This document shows, one piece after another, positions 56,401 to 64,000 of a stretch of DNA of 64,000 nucleotides. The notes under the pieces were generated by a model that saw only the letters and a list, made by a program, of their open reading frames with translations, searched no databases and had not been told where the DNA came from. The stretch's first letter is position 1, and the number at the start of each line of letters is the position of its first letter. The stretch lies in NCBI RefSeq assembly GCF_009914755.1, contig NC_060939.1; one strand, 5' to 3'. Made by a program: the position numbers and the translations under genes. Origin of the DNA: the human T2T-CHM13v2.0 reference genome, Homo sapiens.

Positions 56401-57026
56401 CATTCCATTTCACTCCATTCGATTCCATTCCACTCGATTCCACTTCGTTCCATTTCATTGCATTCCATTCTATTCAACTCTATTGCCTTCCATTCCATTC
56501 CATTCGATTACATTCCATGCGATTCCATTCGAAATCGAATCAATTACATTGCAATCCATTACTATTGAGTCCGTTTTATTCCAGTCCACTGCATTCTGGT
56601 CCATTCCATTTGATTCCATTCCATTCTATTCCATTCCATACAGTTGCATTCCATTGGATTCCTTGCTATATCTATAAATTCAATTCGAGACCATTGCTTT
56701 TGAGTCCATTCTATATGATTCCATTCCATTCAAGTCCATTACATTTGGTTCAATTCCATTCCATTCGGTTCAATTCCATTCCATTCCATTCCCTTCCATT
56801 CCATTCCAGTTGATATCAATCCATTCGATTCCATTCCATTCGAGCACATTCCATTCGAGTCCATTCCATTCGATGCCATTCCATTTGATTCTATTCCATT
56901 AGTCTCCATTCAATTCCATTAATCTCCATTCCATTCCATTCTACTCCAACTGATTCCATTCCATTCTATTCCTTTCCATTCCATTTCATTCCATTCCATT
57001 CCATTCCATTCCATTCCATTCCATTC
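53411..57026 (+). repeat. Recent tandem duplication of a single 1808-bp monomer haplotype
   Basis: Both units carry CGTATCAATT, TTTCCATTCTGTAC, CCAGTTCATT and GATTCCTTGC. This combination is otherwise seen together only at ~37.6-38.6 kb. Confidence 0.82.
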
Positions 57027-60000
57027 GTGTCCATTCCACTCCAGTCCATTCCATTCGTATCCATTCCATTCCAGTCCATTCCATTTGTGTCCACTGCATT
57101 CCATTCCACTCCATTCCATATTATTCCATTACACTCCATTCCATTCTATTACTTTCATTTCCATTCAATTCCATTCCATTTGATTCCATTCCACTCGGTT
57201 TCATTCCATTTGAGTCCACTCCATTCCATTCCATTCCATTCAGTTCCATTCCATTCTGTTCCATTCCATTCCGTTCCATTACATTCCATTCCATTCGGTA
57301 CCATTCCATATTGTTCCATTCGATTCCATTCGAATCCATTCCATTCCAGTCCATTCCATTCGATTCCATTCCATTCATTTCAATTCCATTCCATTCCATT
57401 CCATTACATTCCACTTGATTCCTCTCCATTCCCTTCCACTGCATTCCGTTCGATTCCATTCCCTTGCATTGCATTCCATTCCATTGGATTGCATTCCATT
57501 CGATTCCATTCCATTCGAATCAATTACATAGCAATCCATTACATTCGAGTCTATTCTCTTCCGTTCCATTCGATTTCGTTCCAATCCATTCGATTCCATT
57601 CCATTCGATTCCATTCCATACTATTGCATTCCATTCGATTACATTATATTCGAATAAGTTCCATTCAAGACCATTTCTTTTGAGTCCATTCTATTTGAGT
57701 CCATTCCCTTTGATTCCATAACATTTGAGTCCATTCAATTCCATTCCTTTCGTTTCCATTCCATTTGATGCCATTCCATTCAATTCTGTTCTACTCGACT
57801 CCAATACATTCAATTCCATTCCATCCGATTCCATTACATTCTTTTCATTTCTTATCCATTTCAAGCCATTCCACTCCATTCCATTCCACTCGTTTCCTTT
57901 CCATTCGAGTCCATTCCTCTCCAGTCCATTCCGTTCAATCCATTCCATTCCAGTCCATTCCATTCGAGTCCGTTCCATTCCAGTCCATTCCATTCGAGTC
58001 AATTCCATTCCATTCGATGTCTTTCCATAACGATCCATTCCATTCTATTCCTTTCGATTCCATTCCATTCTATTTCATTCCATTCGATTCCCTTCCATTG
58101 GACTCCTTTCCATTCGAGTGCCTTCCATTCCGTTCCATTTCTTTCCGTTCTGTACGATTCCTACCGTTCGATTTCATTTTGTTCCAGTCCATTCCTTTCG
58201 CGTCCATTCCATTCCATTTCACTCCATTCGATTCCATTCCACTCGATTCCACTTCGTTCCATTTCATTGCATTCCATTCTATTCAACTCTATTGCCTTCC
58301 ATTCCATTCCATTCGATTACATTCCATGCGATTCCATTCGAAATCGAATCAATTACATTGCAAACCATTACTATTGAGTCCGTTTTATTCCAGTCCACTG
58401 CATTCTGGTCCATTCCATTTGATTCCATTCCATTCTATTCCATTCCATACAGTTGCATTCCATTGGATTCCATGCTATATCTATAAATTCAATTCGAGAC
58501 CATTGCTTTTGAGTCCATTCTATATGATTCCATTCCATTCAAGTCCATTACATTTGGTTAAATTCCATTCCATTCGGTTCAATTCCATTCCATTCCATTC
58601 CCTTCCATTCCATTCCAGTTGATATCAATCCATTCGATTCCATTCCATTCGAGCACATTCCATTCGAGTCCATTCCATTCGATGCCATTCCATTTGATTC
58701 TATTCCATTAGTCTCCATTCAATTCCATTAATCTCCATTCCATTCCATTCTACTCCAACTGATTCCATTCCATTCTATTCCTTTCCATTTCATTCCATTC
58801 CATTCCATTCCATTCCATTCGTGTCCATTCCACTCCAGTCCATTCCATTCGTATCCATTCCATTCCAGTCCATTCCATTTGTGTCCACTGCATTCCATTC
58901 CACTCCATTCCATATTATTCCATTACACTCCATTCCATTCTATTACTTTCATTTCCATTCAATTCCATTCCATTTGATTCCATTCCACTCAGTTTCATTC
59001 CATTTGAGTCCACTCCATTCCATTCCATTCCATTCAGTTCCATTCCATTCTGTTCCATTCCATTCCGTTCCATTACATTCCATTCCATTCGGTACCATTC
59101 CATATTGTTCCATTCGATTCCATTCGAATCCATTCCATTCCAGTCCATTCCATTCGATTCCATTCCATTCATTTCAATTCCATTCCATTCCATTCCATTA
59201 CATTCCACTTGATTCCTCTCCATTCCCTTCCACTGCATTCCGTTCGATTCCATTCCATTGCATTGCATTCCATTCCATTGGATTGCATTCCATTCGATTC
59301 CATTCCATTCGAATCAATTACGTAGCAATCCATTACATTCGAGTCTATTCTCTTCCGTTCCATTCGATTTCGTTCCAATCCATTCGATTCCATTCCATTC
59401 GATTCCATTCCATACTATTGCATTCCATTCGATTACATTATATTCGAATAAGTTCCATTCAAGACCATTTCTTTTGAGTCCATTCTATTTGAGTCCATTC
59501 CCTTTGATTCCATAACATTTGAGTCCATTCAATTCCATTCCTTTCGTTTCCATTCCATTTGATGCCATTCCATTCAATTCTGTTCTACTCGACTCCAATA
59601 CATTCAATTCCATTCCATCCGATTCCATTACATTCTTTTCATTTCTTATCCATTTCAAGCCATTCCACTCCATTCCATTCCACTCGTTTCCTTTCCATTC
59701 GAGTCCATTCCTCTCCAGTCCATTCCGTTCAATCCATTCCATTCCAGTCCATTCCATTCGAGTCCGTTCCATTCCAGTCCATTCCATTCGAGTCAATTCC
59801 ATTCCATTCGATGTCTTTCCATAACGATCCATTCCATTCTATTCCTTTCGATTCCATTCCATTCTATTTCATTCCATTCGATTCCCTTCCATTGGACTCC
59901 TTTCCATTCGAGTGCATTCCATTCCGTTCCATTTCTTTCCGTTCTGTACGATTCCTACCGTTCGATTTCATTTTGTTCCAGTCCATTCTTTCGCGTCCAT

Positions 60001-61326
60001 TCCATTCCATTTCACTCCATTCGATTCCATTCCACTCGATTCCACTTCGTTCCATTTCATTGCATTCCATTCTATTCAACTCTATTGCCTTCCATTCCAT
60101 TCCATTCGATTACATTCCATGCGATTCCATTCGAAATCGAATCAATTACATTGCAATCCATTACTATTGAGTCCGTTTTATTCCAGTCCACTGCATTCTG
60201 GTCCATTCCATTTGATTCCATTCCATTCTATTCCATTCCATACAGTTGCATTCCATTGGATTCCATGCTATATCTATAAATTCAATTCGAGACCATTGCT
60301 TTTGAGTCCATTCTATATGATTCCATTCCATTCAAGTCCATTACATTTGGTTAAATTCCATTCCATTCGGTTCAATTCCATTCCATTCCATTCCCTTCCA
60401 TTCCATTCCAGTTGATATCAATCCATTCGATTCCATTCCATTCGAGCACATTCCATTCGAGTCCATTCCATTCGATGCCATTCCATTTGATTCTATTCCA
60501 TTAGTCTCCATTCAATTCCATTAATCTCCATTCCATTCCATTCTACTCCAACTGATTCCATTCCATTCTATTCCTTTCCATTCCATTTCATTCCATTCCA
60601 TTCCATTCCATTCCATTCCATTCCATTCGTGTCCATTCCACTCCAGTCCATTCCATTCGTATCCATTCCATTCCAGTCCATTCCATTTGTGTCCACTGCA
60701 TTCCATTCCACTCCATTCCATATTATTCCATTACACTCCATTCCATTCTATTACTTTCATTTCCATTCAATTCCATTCCATTTGATTCCATTCCACTCGG
60801 TTTCATTCCATTTGAGTCCACTCCATTCCATTCCATTCCATTCAGTTCCATTCCATTCTGTTCCATTCCATTCCGTTCCATTACATTCCATTCCATTCGG
60901 TACCATTCCATATTGTTCCATTCGATTCCATTCGAATCCATTCCATTCCAGTCCATTCCATTCGATTCCATTCCATTCATTTCAATTCCATTCCATTCCA
61001 TTCCATTACATTCCACTTGATTCCTCTCCATTCCCTTCCACTGCATTCCGTTCGATTCCATTCCATTGCATTGCATTCCATTCCATTGGATTGCATTCCA
61101 TTCGATTCCATTCCATTCGTATCAATTACATAGCAATCCATTACATTCGAGTCTATTCTCTTCCGTTCCATTCGATTTCGTTCCAATCCATTCGATTCCA
61201 TTCCATTCGATTCCATTCCATACTATTGCATTCCATTCGATTACATTATATTCGAATAAGTTCCATTCAAGACCATTTCTTTTGAGTCCATTCTATTTGA
61301 GTCCATTCCCTTTGATTCCATAACAT

Positions 61327-63373
61327 TTGAGTCCATTCAATTCCATTCCTTTCGTTTCCATTCCATTTGATGCCATTCCATTCAATTCTGTTCTACTCGA
61401 CTCCAATACATTCAATTCCATTCCATCCGATTCCATTACATTCTTTTCATTTCTTATCCATTTCAAGCCATTCCACTCCATTCCATTCCACTCGTTTCCT
61501 TTCCATTCGAGTCCATTCCTCTCCAGTCCATTCCGTTCAATCCATTCCATTCCAGTCCATTCCATTCGAGTCCGTTCCATTCCAGTCCATTCCATTCGAG
61601 TCAATTCCATTCCATTCGATGTCTTTCCATAACGATCCATTGCATTCTATTCCTTTCGATTCCATTCCATTCTATTTCATTCCATTCGATTCCCTTCCAT
61701 TGGACTCCTTTCCATTCGAGTGCATTCCATTCCGTTCCATTTCTTTCCGTTCTGTACGATTCCTACCGTTCGATTTCATTTTGTTCCAGTCCATTCTTTC
61801 GCGTCCATTCATTCCATTTCACTCCATTCGATTCCATTCCACTCGATTCCACTTCGTTCCATTTCATTGCATTCCATTCTATTCAACTCTATTGCCTTCC
61901 ATTCCATTCCATTCGATTACATTCCATGCGATTCCATTCGAAATCGAATCAATTACATTGCAATCCATTACTATTGAGTCCGATTTATTCCAGTCCACTG
62001 CATTCTGGTCCATTCCATTTGATTCCATTCCATTCTATTCCATTCCATACAGTTGCATTCCATTGGATTCCATGCTATATCTATAAATTCAATTCGAGAC
62101 CATTGCTTTTGAGTCCATTCTATATGATTCCATTCCATTCAAGTCCATTACATTTGGTTCAATTCCATTCCATTCCATTCCCTTTCATTCCATTCCATTT
62201 GATATCAATCCATTCGATTCCATTCCATTGGAGCACAATCCATTCGAGTCCATTCCATTCGATGCCATTCCATTTGATTCTATTCCATTAGTCTCCATTC
62301 AATTCCATTAATCTCCATTCCATTCCATTCTACTCCAACTGATTCCATTCCATTCTATTCCTTTCCATTCCATTTCATTCCATTCCATTCCATTTCATTC
62401 CATTCCATTCCATTCGTGTCCATTCCACTCCAGTCCATTCCATTCGTGTCCATTCCATTCCAGTCCATTCCATTTGTGTCCACTGCATTCCATTCCACTC
62501 CATTCCATATTATTCCATTACACTCCATTCCATTCTATTACTTTCATTTCCATTCAATTCCATTCCATTTGATTCCATTCCACTCGGTTTCATTCCATTT
62601 GAGTCCACTCCATTCCATTCCATTAAATTCCATTCAGTTCCATTCCATTCCGTTCCATTCCATTCCATTCCATTCCTGTCCATTCCACTCCAGTCCATTC
62701 CATTCGTATCCATTCCATTCCAGTCCATTCCATTTGTGTCCACTGCATTCCATTCCACTCCATTCCATATTATTCCATTACACTCCATTCCATTCTATTA
62801 CTTTCATTTCCATTCAATTCCATTCCATTTGATTCCATTCCACTCGGTTTCATTCCATTTGAGTCCACTCCATTCCATTCCATTCCATTCAGTTCCATTC
62901 CATTCTGTTCCATTCCATTCCGTTCCATTACATTCCATTCCATTCGGTACCATTCCATATTGTTCCATTCGATTCCATTCGAATCCATTCCATTCCAGTC
63001 CATTCCATTCGATTCCATTCCATTCATTTCAATTCCATTCCATTCCATTCCATTACATTCCACTTGATTCCTCTCCATTCCCTTCCACTGCATTCCGTTC
63101 GATTCCATTCCATTGCATTGCATTCCATTCCATTGGATTGCATTCCATTCGATTCCATTCCATTCGTATCAATTACATAGGAATCCATTACATTCGAGTC
63201 TATTCTCTTCCGTTCCATTCGATTTCGTTCCAATCCATTCGATTCCATTCCATTCGATTCCATTCCATACTATTGCATTCCATTCGATTACATTATATTC
63301 GAATAAGTTCCATTCAAGACCATTTCTTTTGAGTCCATTCTATTTGAGTCCATTCCCTTTGATTCCATAACAT
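61327..63373 (+). repeat. Expanded 2047-bp monomer with a 260-bp internal tandem duplication (~62411-62670 / 62671-62930)
   Basis: CATTCGTGTCCATTCCACTCCAGTC at 62411 recurs as CATTCCTGTCCATTCCACTCCAGTC at 62671. The length works out as 1808-1-20+260=2047. Confidence 0.93.
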
Positions 63374-64000
63374 TTGAGTCCATTCAATTCCATTCCTTTC
63401 GTTTCCATTCCATTTGATGCCATTCCATTCAATTCTGTTCTACTCGACTCCAATACATTCAATTCCATTCCATCCGATTCCATTACATTCTTTTCATTTC
63501 TTATCCATTTCAAGCCATTCCACTCCATTCCATTCCACTCGTTTCCTTTCCATTCGAGTCCATTCCTCTCCAGTCCATTCCGTTCAATCCATTCCATTCC
63601 AGTCCATTCCATTCGAGTCCGTTCCATTCCAGTCCATTCCATTCGAGTCAATTCCATTCCATTCGATGTCTTTCCATAACGATCCATTGCATTCTATTCC
63701 TTTCGATTCCATTCCATTCTATTTCATTCCATTCGATTCCCTTCCATTGGACTCCTTTCCATTCGAGTGCATTCCATTCCGTTCCATTTCTTTCCGTTCT
63801 GTACGATTCCTACCGTTCGATTTCATTTTGTTCCAGTCCATTCTTTCGCGTCCATTCATTCCATTTCACTCCATTCGATTCCATTCCACTCGATTCCACT
63901 TCGTTCCATTTCATTGCATTCCATTCTATTCAACTCTATTGCCTTCCATTCCATTCCATTCGATTACATTCCATGCGATTCCATTCGAAATCGAATCAAT

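Larger units (their letters stand above)
1..64000 (+). repeat. Human Satellite 3 (HSat3 / satellite III) array, (CATTC)n with diverged pentamers (CGATT, CGAGT, CAGTC, CAATT, TGATT etc.)
   Basis: Continuous CATTC pentamer phase from base 1 to 64000 with long pure CATTC runs, which is typical of HSat3 rather than HSat2. I see no non-satellite sequence and no strand switch. Confidence 0.98.
1..64000 (+). repeat. Tandem ~1.8 kb monomer array (~35.5 units), probably the D15Z1-type 1.8-kb KpnI satellite III of chr15p (HSat3A5-like)
   Basis: An anchor (start of the 101-aa pseudo-ORF, after CCATAACAT) recurs 36 times: 451, 2259, 4061, 5874, 7682, 9485, 11313, 12747, 14536, 16309, 18102, 19906, 21685, 23458, 25251, 27055, 28834, 30652, 32455, 34264, 36052, 37851, 39659, 41461, 43274, 45102, 46905, 48714, 50502, 52301, 54109, 55917, 57725, 59519, 61327, 63374. 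The modal spacing is 1808 bp, with one GGTACC per unit. The periodicity is certain. The D15Z1 assignment comes from recalled knowledge of a 1.8-kb KpnI satellite III on 15p, not from a search. Confidence 0.72.

Noticed and set aside
101-63687. Hundreds of ORFs of 60-308 aa, such as the 308-aa ORF at 11353-12279 and the 298-aa ORF at 52301-53197
   Set aside because: CATTC and GGAAT repeats have no stop codon in any frame, so long (FHSIP)n and (MEWNG)n ORFs are expected. They overlap in all frames, show no recognisable domain, and are freely frameshifted between units.
1-64000. CRISPR-like repeat-spacer array or other prokaryotic system
   Set aside because: There are no unique spacers, no constant 23-47 bp repeat and no cas or other genes. 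All of the variable sequence is degenerate pentamer repeated every 1.8 kb.
1-64000. HSat2 (including the chr1 1.8-kb unit), DYZ1 or alpha satellite
   Set aside because: The array is dominated by long CATTC runs and lacks the GATGAT-type HSat2 motifs. The period is 1.8 kb rather than the ~3.6 kb of DYZ1, and there is no 171-bp monomer.
1-64000. Inversion, or Alu/L1/other mobile element insertion
   Set aside because: No GGAAT-strand segment, poly-A tail, target-site duplication or non-satellite stretch is visible anywhere on the + strand.

Overview
The whole 64 kb window is one uninterrupted, single-orientation array of (CATTC)n/(GGAAT)n human/great-ape Satellite 3 (HSat3), with the C-rich strand on +. 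It consists of about 35.5 highly similar copies of a ~1.8 kb unit carrying one KpnI site (GGTACC at 23, 1831, 3633, 5446, 7254, 9057, 10870, 14108 and onward). This fits the classical D15Z1 1.8-kb KpnI satellite III of chromosome 15p, but I cannot confirm the locus without a search. I find no genes, RNA genes, transposons or CRISPR arrays. All ORFs are pentamer artefacts, (FHSIP)n on + and (MEWNG)n on -. The informative signal is nested architecture. The 5-bp motif builds an ancient ~0.83-0.98 kb half-unit, which builds the 1.8 kb monomer, which forms local multimers of 3 units (~5,423 bp), 4 units (7,149 bp, apparently identical copies) and 8 units (14,440-14,450 bp). There is also a ~4.8 kb block copied exactly 37,400 bp away, one unit with a 355-bp deletion, one chimeric unit with a 260-bp duplication, and an interspersed divergent sub-lineage. 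I found no evidence of a new protein- or RNA-coding system.
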